Of a stretch of DNA of 62,043 nt, positions 10,025 to 20,338 are shown piece after piece. Position numbers and translations under genes: made by a program. The stretch is from the NCBI GenBank assembly GCA_947628725.1, contig CANRAQ010000001.1, forward strand, positions 1 to 62,043. Direction: 5' to 3'. The notes below the pieces were generated by a model. It had not been told where the DNA came from. It saw nothing but the letters and a program-made list of their open reading frames with translations, and made no database searches. The stretch's first letter is position 1. Each line of letters begins with the position of its first letter. Source of the DNA: an uncultured Bacilli bacterium. GTDB lineage: Bacteria > Bacillota_I > Bacilli_A > RF39 > UBA660.

Positions 10025-10932
10025 TAAATAAACCTCCACATTAATTTATAGTAAAGCTTTTTTAATTTTCTAATGAATGTATCATTTATAATATTATCTA
10101 AAACTTTTCTTTTCTTCAATTCCTTTATATATAATTTTTTATCATTTTTATCTAATGTTTTAGACTTAAATATAACTGCATTTGATATAAAACTTCTATA
10201 TAGTCTATCATTTTGTTTATATTTAATATCGATAAGTCTATCATATTGATGTAACATATCATAGGCTTTTTTTATTCTCTTTTCCCTTGAATCAGATGAC
10301 ATAATACTATTTTGTCTTTGAACATAATTATATCCATAATAATCTAAATAGTAAATATATTTAGACTTCATAACTATTTCAGGCGTAAGCCCAAAGTCTT
10401 CATGTATCATACCTTTAACATATTGAAATTTATTTTTTTTCCAAAATTTTAGATTATATATGTAACTCCATGCTGGTTCAAAAAATTCAAGTTTAACTAA
10501 ATCATCGAAACAAACTCTACCACTAAATGTAAAACCTTGTTCATATCTTATCAAATTTCCCAAATCATCAACCAATCTTATTTTAATTTTTATTAAATCT
10601 ATATTTTTATTAGAAATTAATACTTGATTAACTCTTTCCAAATAGTCTAAATCTATGTAATCGTCACTATCAATCAATACTAAATAATCACCCGTAGCAT
10701 ATTTAATACCATAATTTCTAGCATCACTAAGTCCACCATTTTCTTTTTTATAACTTTTAAAGCGATTATCTTTTTTAACATATTCATCAATTATTTGTTG
10801 AGAATTATCCTTAGTACCATCATTTACTATTATTACTTCAAAATTTTTATAAGTTTGGTTAATAATACTATTTAAACATTTATCAATATATTTTTCTACA
10901 TTATATACTGGAATTACTATACTAAATTTCAT
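10024..10932 (-). CDS. Glycosyltransferase family 2
   Basis: 302 aa with MKFSIVIPVYNVEKYI, VNDGTKDNS and IDSDDY motifs. Confidence 0.8.
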   Translation of the reverse strand: MKFSIVIPVYNVEKYIDKCLNSIINQTYKNFEVIIVNDGTKDNSQQIIDEYVKKDNRFKSYKKENGGLSDARNYGIKYATGDYLVLIDSDDYIDLDYLERVNQVLISNKNIDLIKIKIRLVDDLGNLIRYEQGFTFSGRVCFDDLVKLEFFEPAWSYIYNLKFWKKNKFQYVKGMIHEDFGLTPEIVMKSKYIYYLDYYGYNYVQRQNSIMSSDSREKRIKKAYDMLHQYDRLIDIKYKQNDRLYRSFISNAVIFKSKTLDKNDKKLYIKELKKRKVLDNIINDTFIRKLKKLYYKLMWRFI

Positions 10933-10941
10933 AAATCACCA

Positions 10942-11826
10942 TCATATTTCTTCAATAATACTATCTATATATTTTTTATCATTTATTTCTTCTAATTTAT
11001 CTTGTTCCATTACTTCATTTACAATCTTATTTTTAACTGCTTTTTTCTCTTTTGCATTTTCTCTAAACCATTCATACTCCAAGTCTAAATGTCCTAAATC
11101 TATAGCCTTTATACCTATAGATGCAAGATCATACGCTAAAACAGTTGCAGTTGGTCCTAAAGCTATTAAAACGATTTCATCGTTGTGATTTTTCTTTACA
11201 GTATTATATATTTTTTCATATTTTGAAAAAGCATTTTTATTAGGGCATAATATTCTTTTTATACTTTTAGAATTATCAAACAAATCATTATTTACTCCTA
11301 ATCTACTATACTTTCCTTCTACAATCATGATGTTCTTACCATCCCATAATTTCTTTAAATTTTGGAATATCTCTAAACTTATGCTCGTATCTTTATATCT
11401 TATATATGGTCTTGTTATACATGAATCACAGTAAGTTTTATTTTTATACTTTTTATTTAAATAAATATTTTTATAATCTTTTATTTGTTCTAACCAAAAT
11501 ATTTCCTCATTATATTTTAATTTCCTTGTAATTTTATATGTATATACTGCTGGTATACAAACAGCTATAAAATTATCTTGAGAGAATAAAATCTTTTCTA
11601 ACCTCTTTTGTAGATTGGCATCAAAATCTTGAAATTTGATAGAACTACCATTTATTATATTAAATTCCCCATCACCATATCTACATACAGATAAATTATT
11701 ATCTATTATATATTTTATAGATTTCATAGAATTCATAACCTTAGGTGGTCGTTTAAAAATATATATAATTCTAGTTACAACATATAAATAACTTAAATGT
11801 AAAAAATGTTTGATATGAGTTATCAT
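10942..11826 (-). CDS. GT-D-fold (DUF1792-type) glycosyltransferase
   Basis: 294 aa. LSVCRYGDGEF motif and overall size resemble the DUF1792/SP_1767 family. Assignment is from memory. Confidence 0.55.
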   Translation of the reverse strand: MITHIKHFLHLSYLYVVTRIIYIFKRPPKVMNSMKSIKYIIDNNLSVCRYGDGEFNIINGSSIKFQDFDANLQKRLEKILFSQDNFIAVCIPAVYTYKITRKLKYNEEIFWLEQIKDYKNIYLNKKYKNKTYCDSCITRPYIRYKDTSISLEIFQNLKKLWDGKNIMIVEGKYSRLGVNNDLFDNSKSIKRILCPNKNAFSKYEKIYNTVKKNHNDEIVLIALGPTATVLAYDLASIGIKAIDLGHLDLEYEWFRENAKEKKAVKNKIVNEVMEQDKLEEINDKKYIDSIIEEI

Positions 11827-11829
11827 AAA

Positions 11830-12330
11830 TCACCCTCTATTAAATTTTAATATATAATCTATAACTTCACGAACAGCACCATTACCGCCATTAACACTAC
11901 TTATGTAATTAGCAATTTTTTTAATTTCTTTACAAGCATCATTTGGGCACGCTATAAAGCCCCCAAATTTTTTAATTTCCATCATACATTCTAAATCAAC
12001 TAAGTCATCCCCTACATAAGCAACATTTTTTAAAGTATAATTTTTGTCATGTTTTTCGTTATAAGTATTTAATATTTCTTGAATTTTTGATTCTTTATTG
12101 CTTACATTTTGATAGATTTCTGTAATTCCTAAATCTTTACATCTATTTTCAACAATTTTACTATTTCTAGCTGTTATAATAACAGGAATGATATCTAATT
12201 TTGGTAAGATATTTTTTATGCCACATCCATCTTTAATATCAAATACTTTAAATATTTCTCCATCATTTCCCATATAAATTTTTCCATCTGTTAGAGTACC
12301 ATCAACATCCATAAAAAAGAACTTAATCAT
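11830..12330 (-). CDS. HAD-IIIA phosphatase of the KdsC family (3-deoxy-ulosonate phosphate phosphatase-like)
   Basis: 166 aa. FMDVDGTLTDGKIY, FDIKDGCGI, IITARNS, YVGDDLVDLECM and NGGNGAVREVIDYIL follow the KdsC pattern along the whole length. Confidence 0.8.
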   Translation of the reverse strand: MIKFFFMDVDGTLTDGKIYMGNDGEIFKVFDIKDGCGIKNILPKLDIIPVIITARNSKIVENRCKDLGITEIYQNVSNKESKIQEILNTYNEKHDKNYTLKNVAYVGDDLVDLECMMEIKKFGGFIACPNDACKEIKKIANYISSVNGGNGAVREVIDYILKFNRG

Positions 12331-13970
12331 AATCTCATACCCTTCTTATTTTCAGTTTGTTGATTATTTTCTATTATATTTTCAAATTGACTAGTTGTAA
12401 CAAAAAATAAATTATTAATACTCTTTTTCTCAAAAAAATCTGAAAGCATCTTTGAAATTAAAAAATTTGTATGGTTAGGATTATCTAAAACGTTTGATAA
12501 CTCTAAATCAGAACTTGCATAGTTATTTGGTGTATAACTATACCCATCAAGACCAGCTATTCCAACAGAATTTACATTTAACTTATCTAATAAATATAAT
12601 AATAAAATCGTTGAATTATCAATATGTTCATTACCTGGACTTACTAAATCAGTAAATGCAACAATATTTTCTTTATCATCATTTTTATTTTGCTTGATAT
12701 TAGAAGTAATTATTTTTTTATAATTTTTGTAATTATCTTCATTTTTCAAATTTGTATAACGTCTCGTATTACTTATAAAAATATAATCACATTTTAAATT
12801 TTGTGGTATGAAGCCAACTGAAATTACTATTGGATTTGTTTCATTTATATACTCCTGTATTTTATCTTTTTCTATTTTTATTGTGCTACCAGGTGCTAAA
12901 AGTAAAATGTTTTTCCCAAAAAATTCTTTTTTTAAATTATCTAAACCAAGTGCAGTTGGAATACTACTTTTTAAACTTTCTAGATATGTTTTTTCTAGTA
13001 AATCGTAATCATATCTTTTACGAGCCAATCCAATTTTATCAAGAATATATCTAATTGTTTTTGATCTTATACTACTTTTTTCCGTTAGATATGCAATATT
13101 ATTAACATGAGCTCCATAACTACCAGCAATAAAATATGGTGTTGAATATCCCCAATTACATTTAGTCCTTAAATTATCCATATAATCATCAATTACATCT
13201 AATAGTGAATCAATATCATATTCATAGCCCCATTTTGTATTTAAGTATTGCGCTATTAATTCAGTTGGTGTATTACCAGCACCTCTACCCATACCAGAAA
13301 TAGTTCCATCAATAACGCCTTCTCTTTTACCAGAAGAAATTCTAGTAAATTCTTGAGAAAGTGCATTAGATAATTGCATGTTGTTATGTGAGTGAAATCC
13401 AACTTTGCAGGAAGAAATTAAATATTTATCAATTATCTCAAATACTTTAGTTAAATCTTCAGGATACATAGATCCAAAAGTATCAACAATAGAAAAACTA
13501 TATGGTTCAACCTCATTAATAAGTTTAATAAATTCTATAAGTTCTTCTTCAGTATATCCTAAAATATCAACAGGTTGAACAAATAATTTATAACCTTTTT
13601 CTTTAATTTTTTTACATGCTTCTATTGCACCATATCTTTCATTTTTAAAGAAACACTCTCTAACTGCATCTATTGATTCATTATCGCACTCATCTAAATT
13701 ATCTACAGAAAATCTACTATAATCAGCTAATACCGTAAACATAGTTCCATTTTTATCTTTAGGAATAAATCTTTTGGCATCTTGTGAGTTTCTAAAAACA
13801 GTTTTTCCCTCACCAAAACCTTCATTTTGAAAAAAACCAATTTCAATAAAGTCTATTTTCGTTTTTAATAAGCCATCAATAATACCTTTTATTACATTAT
13901 CACCAAATTTTTTATCAATTAAATATGCTCCATCTCTTAATGTACAATCAAGTAATTGTATATGTTTCAC
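12327..13970 (-). CDS. HMGL-like (pyruvate carboxyltransferase-fold) aldolase domain fused to a ~200-aa C-terminal domain of unclear function
   Basis: 547 aa. N-terminal LLDCTLRDG and VGFHSHNNMQLSNA (His-x-His metal site) are hallmarks of the DmpG/LeuA/HMG-CoA-lyase TIM-barrel family. The C-terminal half (ILLLAPGSTI...GIAGLDGYS) looks Rossmann-like. Confidence 0.65.
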   Translation of the reverse strand: MKHIQLLDCTLRDGAYLIDKKFGDNVIKGIIDGLLKTKIDFIEIGFFQNEGFGEGKTVFRNSQDAKRFIPKDKNGTMFTVLADYSRFSVDNLDECDNESIDAVRECFFKNERYGAIEACKKIKEKGYKLFVQPVDILGYTEEELIEFIKLINEVEPYSFSIVDTFGSMYPEDLTKVFEIIDKYLISSCKVGFHSHNNMQLSNALSQEFTRISSGKREGVIDGTISGMGRGAGNTPTELIAQYLNTKWGYEYDIDSLLDVIDDYMDNLRTKCNWGYSTPYFIAGSYGAHVNNIAYLTEKSSIRSKTIRYILDKIGLARKRYDYDLLEKTYLESLKSSIPTALGLDNLKKEFFGKNILLLAPGSTIKIEKDKIQEYINETNPIVISVGFIPQNLKCDYIFISNTRRYTNLKNEDNYKNYKKIITSNIKQNKNDDKENIVAFTDLVSPGNEHIDNSTILLLYLLDKLNVNSVGIAGLDGYSYTPNNYASSDLELSNVLDNPNHTNFLISKMLSDFFEKKSINNLFFVTTSQFENIIENNQQTENKKGMRL

Positions 13971-14641
13971 TTAGTATCGTCCTTCCCATTATTTATAATC
14001 ATCATATATATTGCATTAGCAATTTCAAAATCTTCTGGATAATCTATATCTACACATTCTATTCCATTTACTTCTACAATTAATGGGTTGATACCAATAC
14101 GTCTTTTATATTTAGTGAATACTTCTTTTTTAAAAACATAAGCTGCAGAAACTTCACTATATATAGGATTTAAATCTTGTGTTCTAGGAACATTTTCAGC
14201 ATTGAAATTAATAGGCTTATTTTCAGTATTCCATAATAATTTTTGTATTTTTTCACCAGTAAAAGCAGAATCATATTGTCCTTCCTTTACAGAACTAAAA
14301 CATTTATTAATATGCTCTATACTAACAAATGGTGATGTGCAATGGCATACGGCATAAATATCAGCATCAACTATTTTCATAAATTCAGAAATAATATCCT
14401 GTGGTGTAGCCTCTTGTGTATCAAGAAATTCTGGCCTTTTTAAGAATTTAACACCAGGTATTAAATATTCCTTAATTGCTTCATTACTACAAAAAACATA
14501 TAATTCATCAATTTCACTACACTTAACTAATGTTTTAAGAAATACTGTTATTAATGCAGTTCCATCATCAAATTTTTTTGTATTTTTTCCAGGTGTCCTT
14601 TGATTATTTAGTTTTATTGGTACAAATGCTACTGTTTTCAT
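13967..14641 (-). CDS. Acylneuraminate-type cytidylyltransferase family protein (CMP-sugar-acid synthetase-like)
   Basis: 224 aa. AFVPIKLNNQRTPGKN at the N-terminus and VDIDYPEDFEIA near the C-terminus resemble the CTP_transf_3 (NeuA/KdsB-like) family. 4-nt overlap with the aldolase gene. Confidence 0.7.
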   Translation of the reverse strand: MKTVAFVPIKLNNQRTPGKNTKKFDDGTALITVFLKTLVKCSEIDELYVFCSNEAIKEYLIPGVKFLKRPEFLDTQEATPQDIISEFMKIVDADIYAVCHCTSPFVSIEHINKCFSSVKEGQYDSAFTGEKIQKLLWNTENKPINFNAENVPRTQDLNPIYSEVSAAYVFKKEVFTKYKRRIGINPLIVEVNGIECVDIDYPEDFEIANAIYMMIINNGKDDTK

Positions 14642-15653
14642 TATTTCTCCTACTTTCTAAAAATTCAAATCCTAAAGCTATTTTATCTTTTACAAAATTT
14701 AATTGTTCAAGAGATGATGATGTTATTGTTATAGCTTTATCAAAATTAACATTTTTATTATAATTTAAAATTTCAATTGGTATATTTTTACTTACTATAT
14801 TTACTTTATTATTTATTTTTTTATAATCAAAATTATCTCTTGGATGTGCCTTTATATATACATCATAATCTTTAATATAATCATTTATAATTTGAGTATA
14901 TATATCTATTTGATCTTTCATACTAAGTACCATCTTATCAACAAAAAGTGGTTGTGTTAATAATAATATTTTTTTTCCTTTTTTAGTCATGTCTATATTA
15001 TCATTCATAAATATGTTATATATTAATAATTTATCATCTTCATTAATTTTGGAAAACAATTCTTTTCTAGGTACTTCTACAACATTTTTATTCTTAATAA
15101 ATATTTTTGATTTATCATTTACTTCTATATCTATAACATATTTAGATTGCCCAAAAAAGTCATAACCTATATGTAAAATCTTTTTTATTATTTTCTTAAT
15201 TCTATACTTAAAGTCTGGATTTAAAAATGTTGTTCTATATTTAAAATTACCTTTAATATAGTAGAATGCATCTAATCCATCCTCGATTAAATGATACTTA
15301 ATTTTCATATCAATTAAATATGCCCCAATCGTAGTCCAATCATTATAAACATATATATCCTTATAATTTTTAAAGTCAATATCACTGTTTTTTTGAAATA
15401 AATCTATCATTTCATTTTTTCGAAAAATTTTTCTTTCTATATTTTCTTTATTAAATAATTCACTGATCTTTATTTCATCATAATAAATAACTGACATAAA
15501 TAAATTTGACTTTTTTAAATTTTTAATTAATTTTTGACAATCTGGTATACTACTACATATAACTATATCAGATTTTTGTTTTGAAATAATTGTCTTTACA
15601 AGAGTTACATATACTTGATAATATGTACTACAAACATATATACTATTTTTCAT
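14604..15653 (-). CDS. Sialyltransferase-like glycosyltransferase (GT52 / polysialyltransferase-like)
   Basis: 349 aa. N-terminal VCSTYYQVYV resembles the C.TP.Q start of GT52. Contains an E-D-G motif (HLIEDGLD) and an H-P motif (IKAHPRD), the two motifs reported as shared by bacterial GT38/52/80 sialyltransferases. Confidence 0.55.
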   Translation of the reverse strand: MKNSIYVCSTYYQVYVTLVKTIISKQKSDIVICSSIPDCQKLIKNLKKSNLFMSVIYYDEIKISELFNKENIERKIFRKNEMIDLFQKNSDIDFKNYKDIYVYNDWTTIGAYLIDMKIKYHLIEDGLDAFYYIKGNFKYRTTFLNPDFKYRIKKIIKKILHIGYDFFGQSKYVIDIEVNDKSKIFIKNKNVVEVPRKELFSKINEDDKLLIYNIFMNDNIDMTKKGKKILLLTQPLFVDKMVLSMKDQIDIYTQIINDYIKDYDVYIKAHPRDNFDYKKINNKVNIVSKNIPIEILNYNKNVNFDKAITITSSSLEQLNFVKDKIALGFEFLESRRNNENSSICTNKTK

Positions 15654-17205
15654 TAATCAAATTCTTCTTTCTATTTAAAATAAAACTTTTAAATTTAGAT
15701 ATATCCTCTTTATTAAACATAATAAACATACTTACGACTAATCCAATAATTCCACATATAATTGCATCTATAATTAGCATAAACCAACTATTAACTACAA
15801 GAATTTTTGAAATTAATATAAATATAACTGCTATAACTGATGAACTTAGTATTGATTTTATTATTGGCTCATAAAATGATGTCAATTTTGCATTTAGACA
15901 TTTTGCAGAGTACATTGGTGTAAATGTCAAATTCTTTATTATTCCAGTTATAACACTTACTCCAGCAACAACAATAATTGGTTCAGATATTAAATTTAAT
16001 TTTAATATAACAAATACTATAGCTATATTTAAAAATCCAATACCCAATGTCATTAATGAATTTAATTTTATTTTATTAGTTATAGTAAATACACTAAATA
16101 AAATATTTATTGATGTTCCTACTATACTTCCAGATAAAGTTATTAATGTTAATATAGTAAGTAAACTTGCATTTTCATTTGGTAACCATAATTTATAAAA
16201 TGGAAATGCAAAACACATTATTCCTACCAATACGACATTTGAAAATAATGAAACAATTTTCATTGAAAATCTTATATCTTTAATTATTTCATTATCTTTT
16301 AGTGCAAACTTCTTTGTCATATTTGGTTGAAAAATATTAACTAAAAGCGCAGTTAATAAACTAACAGATGATGATATGGTTTTAGATATTGAAAGTTGTC
16401 CCATTGCAGTTGCACTTATAAAAATATTAGAAATTAACAAATCTAATCCATCAGACAAAATTTGTCCTAATTTAGTAATAGTATTCCATACTCCAGATAT
16501 AAAAATTTCTATAATTTTTTTTATATCAAAATATTTCATTTTTACCTTGATAAATGGTAAAAATTTCTTTGTATATTTAACATTGAAAAATAGTAAATAT
16601 GCTGTTGAACATATAGTAGCAATACCAACTAAAATAATATTGGCACCAAAAATTTTAAATAATATAAACATTACAACAACTTTTAAAATTCCTGATTCCA
16701 TATTTCTAATTGTAAATAACTCTATCTTATCTCCTGCGTATGTTGATACTGAATATGTAGTATTTATTAAACTCAAGAAAAAATTAATAAAAATTAATAA
16801 AAATAATATTTTAACACTAAAAATTAGTTTACTTGGTATAACTATTAAACTATTCAAATATATTACACAAAATATTGATGGAATTAATAGTAAAAGTATT
16901 ATAAAAATATTAGTTACTAGAACACTTGTAAAATACTTATTAGCATCTTCATGTTTTTTTTCAAAAATAGCAACAGAAATGAATCTTGAGGCCATAGAAT
17001 TTATTGCAAGTGTAACAATCGATGCATAATTAACAAAATTATTTGCTAAAGAAACAAATCCGTATGCATCTGTACCTATATTTTTAGTTATATAAGGGGT
17101 TAGAAAAAAATTAATTCCTAATGTTGTTATAAATGAAACAAGGCAAGCCAATACATTTATAAATAATTTTTTACTTTTCATTTTTGCTCCTTTTTTTATG
17201 ATCAA
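15643..17205 (-). CDS. wzx: Wzx-type polysaccharide flippase (MOP superfamily)
   Basis: 520 aa with about 14 TM helices, in a glycan-locus context. The real start may be ATG 17181 (MKSKKLF). Confidence 0.7.
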   Translation of the reverse strand: MIIKKGAKMKSKKLFINVLACLVSFITTLGINFFLTPYITKNIGTDAYGFVSLANNFVNYASIVTLAINSMASRFISVAIFEKKHEDANKYFTSVLVTNIFIILLLLIPSIFCVIYLNSLIVIPSKLIFSVKILFLLIFINFFLSLINTTYSVSTYAGDKIELFTIRNMESGILKVVVMFILFKIFGANIILVGIATICSTAYLLFFNVKYTKKFLPFIKVKMKYFDIKKIIEIFISGVWNTITKLGQILSDGLDLLISNIFISATAMGQLSISKTISSSVSLLTALLVNIFQPNMTKKFALKDNEIIKDIRFSMKIVSLFSNVVLVGIMCFAFPFYKLWLPNENASLLTILTLITLSGSIVGTSINILFSVFTITNKIKLNSLMTLGIGFLNIAIVFVILKLNLISEPIIVVAGVSVITGIIKNLTFTPMYSAKCLNAKLTSFYEPIIKSILSSSVIAVIFILISKILVVNSWFMLIIDAIICGIIGLVVSMFIMFNKEDISKFKSFILNRKKNLINEK

Positions 17206-18220
17206 ATATTATATCAGTCTTAAGTACAAATATAATTAAACATAATAGTAATATCCCATATATGATGTAACCTATATGTGTATCTACTAAAAGCCATATA
17301 ACTGATGCTGTTGAGAACAAGGCAGTTATTAAATAAATTATTAAAACAGTTTTTCTTACACTATAATTTCTCTTTAAAAATTGGTGATGAAAGTGGCTTT
17401 TATCAGGTGTGCCAATACTTTCACCCTTTAATTTTCTTCTTATTATAGCGCATAATGTATCAAAGATTGGTACAGTTAATATACCTAATGGAATTATTAT
17501 TGAAGAAGTTATTAAAGTCTTAAATCCAAGTAATGTTACAACGGACATAGTAAATCCTAAAAACATTGATCCTGAATCACCCATAAATATCTTTGCTGGA
17601 TTAAAATTATGAACTAAAAATCCTAATGTTGATCCTAACATAGTAAATGTAATTACAACTGAAAGCCCAATTCTTCCTTGAAAATATGCTATAACACCGA
17701 TAGTTAAGAAAAATATTGAACTTATTCCACCAGCAAGACCATCAAGCCCATCTATCAAATTCATACAATTGATACATCCTAATATAAATATAATTGTTAT
17801 TATATATGCGAATTTTCCAAAATTAACATATATTCCAAACATAGATGCATCTGAAAGTAAAAGTTTACCATAAAATACAACTATTAAAGCAGCAACTAAT
17901 TGCCCAATTAACTTATATTGAGGTTTAATTGGATTTATATCATCAATTATTCCAGTAATAAGTAATATAAAACTTCCAATTAAAATTGAATTCATAGTTG
18001 GTGTATGTTCACCAAAAATCATATAGCCAAGTAAAAATCCACCATAAATTCCTAACCCACCTAAACGTGGCATAGGTACAGTATGTACCTTTCTTTCATT
18101 AGGTTCATCTATAGCCCCTATATGAAATGCAATCTTTTTAATAAAAGGTGTAATAACTACAACAAATATAAATGGAATAAAAACCATAGTTAATATCGTT
18201 GTCAAATTTACATTATTCAT
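17171..18220 (-). CDS. Polyprenyl-phosphate N-acetylhexosamine-1-phosphate transferase (WecA/TagO/MraY family)
   Basis: 349 aa with 10-11 TM helices. Motifs IDEPNERKVH, GIIDDI, NLIDGLDGLA and FMGDSGSMFLGF are characteristic of the MraY/WecA family. Confidence 0.85.
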   Translation of the reverse strand: MNNVNLTTILTMVFIPFIFVVVITPFIKKIAFHIGAIDEPNERKVHTVPMPRLGGLGIYGGFLLGYMIFGEHTPTMNSILIGSFILLITGIIDDINPIKPQYKLIGQLVAALIVVFYGKLLLSDASMFGIYVNFGKFAYIITIIFILGCINCMNLIDGLDGLAGGISSIFFLTIGVIAYFQGRIGLSVVITFTMLGSTLGFLVHNFNPAKIFMGDSGSMFLGFTMSVVTLLGFKTLITSSIIIPLGILTVPIFDTLCAIIRRKLKGESIGTPDKSHFHHQFLKRNYSVRKTVLIIYLITALFSTASVIWLLVDTHIGYIIYGILLLCLIIFVLKTDIIFDHKKRSKNEK

Positions 18221-18355
18221 TTTACCACCAATATAATTATAACATATTTAATATCAATTATAAAGTTTTTGCAAAAAAAGTCGAAATAAATTTCAAATTT
18301 TATGTTAAAACTTTATTTTTATTTAAAAGTACGATATAATAATCTTGGTGATGAT

Positions 18356-19048
18356 ATGAGTAAAAGAAATATTGACTTATCATATTTAAGTAATGATGAA
18401 TATGATCTAGATAAAACTTCTTCATTTACAGATATAATGTCTAGAAGTGAAAGAAAAAAAAGAGAATATGAAAAGCAACATGAAGATAATGATGATATAG
18501 AAAAAATGGTAAATGAAAAGAAAAGAAATATCGAAGATATCGAAAATACAAAAGATATAGAAAAGAAAGAATTTGATAAGGCCTCTATTGAAATAGATAA
18601 AAAACTAAATAAAAAAGAAAAGGTCACTATCAAAGAAGAAGATGTAAAAGATAACAAAAAAAGCCAAGTACAATCTAATGAAATAACTGAAGATGATAAA
18701 TTAGCTAAAACACAAATACTAGAACTTACTAGACAAATGAAATTCAATTTCGAAGAAACGAAAAAAGAAAATAACGAAAATAAGAAAAAAGGAATTTCTA
18801 TATTAAATATAATTGGTGAAGTAAATTTATTATGTATTGCTTACTATATATATTTATTAATATTTACAAATTATCAAAATAACAAACAAAATTATATGAT
18901 TTCAGGCGGTATTGTAATTTTATTAGTAATGTTATTTGGTATTTCAGTTATCACTGGTAAAAAAGCAAGTAAAGTTTTCAACATATTAAATATATTAGTT
19001 ATTATAGCATTTATTGCATTTCATGCTTACACATTAATAGAATTTTAA
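18356..19048 (+). CDS. Lys/Glu-rich protein with C-terminal TM helices (unknown function)
   Basis: ORF track 18302..19048. Start moved to MSKRNIDL. About 165 aa are highly charged and low-complexity, followed by three hydrophobic helices. Confidence 0.5.
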   Translation: MSKRNIDLSYLSNDEYDLDKTSSFTDIMSRSERKKREYEKQHEDNDDIEKMVNEKKRNIEDIENTKDIEKKEFDKASIEIDKKLNKKEKVTIKEEDVKDNKKSQVQSNEITEDDKLAKTQILELTRQMKFNFEETKKENNENKKKGISILNIIGEVNLLCIAYYIYLLIFTNYQNNKQNYMISGGIVILLVMLFGISVITGKKASKVFNILNILVIIAFIAFHAYTLIEF

Positions 19049-19068
19049 TCAACAAAAAATGGAGTTTA

Positions 19069-20325
19069 CTAATTCTCCATTTTTTTATTATCACTATTTA
19101 CTTTTATAAGCATAAAAAGCATCATCAAAAAGCATACACTACTTAAAACTAAAGTCAAAGATAAGTATTTATCTTTTTCTTGTGTTAATCTATCTAACAT
19201 AGTTGAATCATATCTTTGAACTGAATTTTCTTTAGTATCATATAAATAATATCCTTCATAACCAGTAAATGTGTTAGTCGCATACAATAAATAATAATCA
19301 TCTACCTCATCTATTTTATACGCTGAGACTTCTTCATCATTTATATTAATAGTAACACTTTCATATTTACTATTTTTATTTTCATGAATATATAAATTCA
19401 TGACATCAAATTTAAATTCCTTATATTCATAATATTTGTCATTATTACTATCATAGGCAAACATTGAAATATTACCTTTTTCATCCTTTAATCCAATTAA
19501 AGTTACATCTGTAATACTATTATAAAATGCAGGTATATCGAAATTATTTATTTTTACAGTAGTAGCCTCATAACCATCCATATTTTTTAATAATTCTTTA
19601 CGCTTAACAACAGTATAATTTGAATCCCCTATTTTTACTTTTATAGGATCTTTTTCAGGTACTGTTATAGTTAATTTATATGTTCTTTCATTTCCGTTTT
19701 CAGCGGCAACTACTACATTTATAGTATTTATACCTTCAGTAAGTGATACTTCTCCAGCACCTTTTACAGTAGCCTTATTATCTTCTTTTGTTGCATTTAT
19801 TTTAATTTTATCTAATCCATCTTCAACAGTTAAACTATATTCTAAAGTATTCTTATCAAATTTAGGATTTAATTCATAACCCTCTATATTTAAATCTTTT
19901 AAATAATTATTTGAACTATATGTTGGATTAACATCAATAGATGGTGGAGTATTTTTAGGAACAACAGTTATTGTAACTGATTTAGTACCATTCCAACAAG
20001 AATCATTAGTTGGATCACATAAATAATTTTTATCAACAGGTTTAAATATTATACTAGTAGTTCCTACAGAATTTGCCTTAAAATATACAGTATCAACAAA
20101 ATTATTTACTTCAATTTCTGATGTTTTTTCACCGGCAAGTATATTATTATTTGAAGAAATTAAAGAGTAAGTTCCCCATAAATTTGTAGTCCTTATTGTT
20201 ATTCCAACAGAACTACCAACGGTTACTGTCCTACTTGATGCTGATATACTTGCATCACCCGCATTTACCTTTAACATAAAACAAGAAGTAATAAGTAAGG
20301 TAATAAGTAGATTAAATTTTTTCAT
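19069..20325 (-). CDS. Secreted/anchored surface protein with a cadherin-like beta-sandwich domain
   Basis: ORF track 19069..20349. Start at MKKFNLL gives a signal peptide. NNYLKDLNIEGYELNPKFDKNTLEYSLTV...TYKLTI fits the cadherin-like beta-sandwich pattern. C-terminal TM anchor. Confidence 0.6.
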   Translation of the reverse strand: MKKFNLLITLLITSCFMLKVNAGDASISASSRTVTVGSSVGITIRTTNLWGTYSLISSNNNILAGEKTSEIEVNNFVDTVYFKANSVGTTSIIFKPVDKNYLCDPTNDSCWNGTKSVTITVVPKNTPPSIDVNPTYSSNNYLKDLNIEGYELNPKFDKNTLEYSLTVEDGLDKIKINATKEDNKATVKGAGEVSLTEGINTINVVVAAENGNERTYKLTITVPEKDPIKVKIGDSNYTVVKRKELLKNMDGYEATTVKINNFDIPAFYNSITDVTLIGLKDEKGNISMFAYDSNNDKYYEYKEFKFDVMNLYIHENKNSKYESVTININDEEVSAYKIDEVDDYYLLYATNTFTGYEGYYLYDTKENSVQRYDSTMLDRLTQEKDKYLSLTLVLSSVCFLMMLFMLIKVNSDNKKMEN

Positions 20326-20338
20326 AAAAATTTCCTTT

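Noticed and set aside
16376-17029. 217-aa plus-strand ORF. The same applies to other antisense or alternative-frame ORFs: 3231..3491, 8721..8936, 12808..13054, 17409..17612, 18319..18747, 20586..20822, 22721..23023, 32133..32681, 35067..35285, 40794..41168, 42048..42287, 43458..43649, 44505..44970, 48855..49098, 54265..54462, 54903..55097, 55697..55879, 60955..61464 and 61544..61741.
   Set aside because: All are embedded in much longer ORFs with clear family motifs, either antisense or in another frame of the same strand. Their low-complexity Ile/Leu/Phe/Ser-rich translations are what an AT-rich non-coding frame is expected to give.
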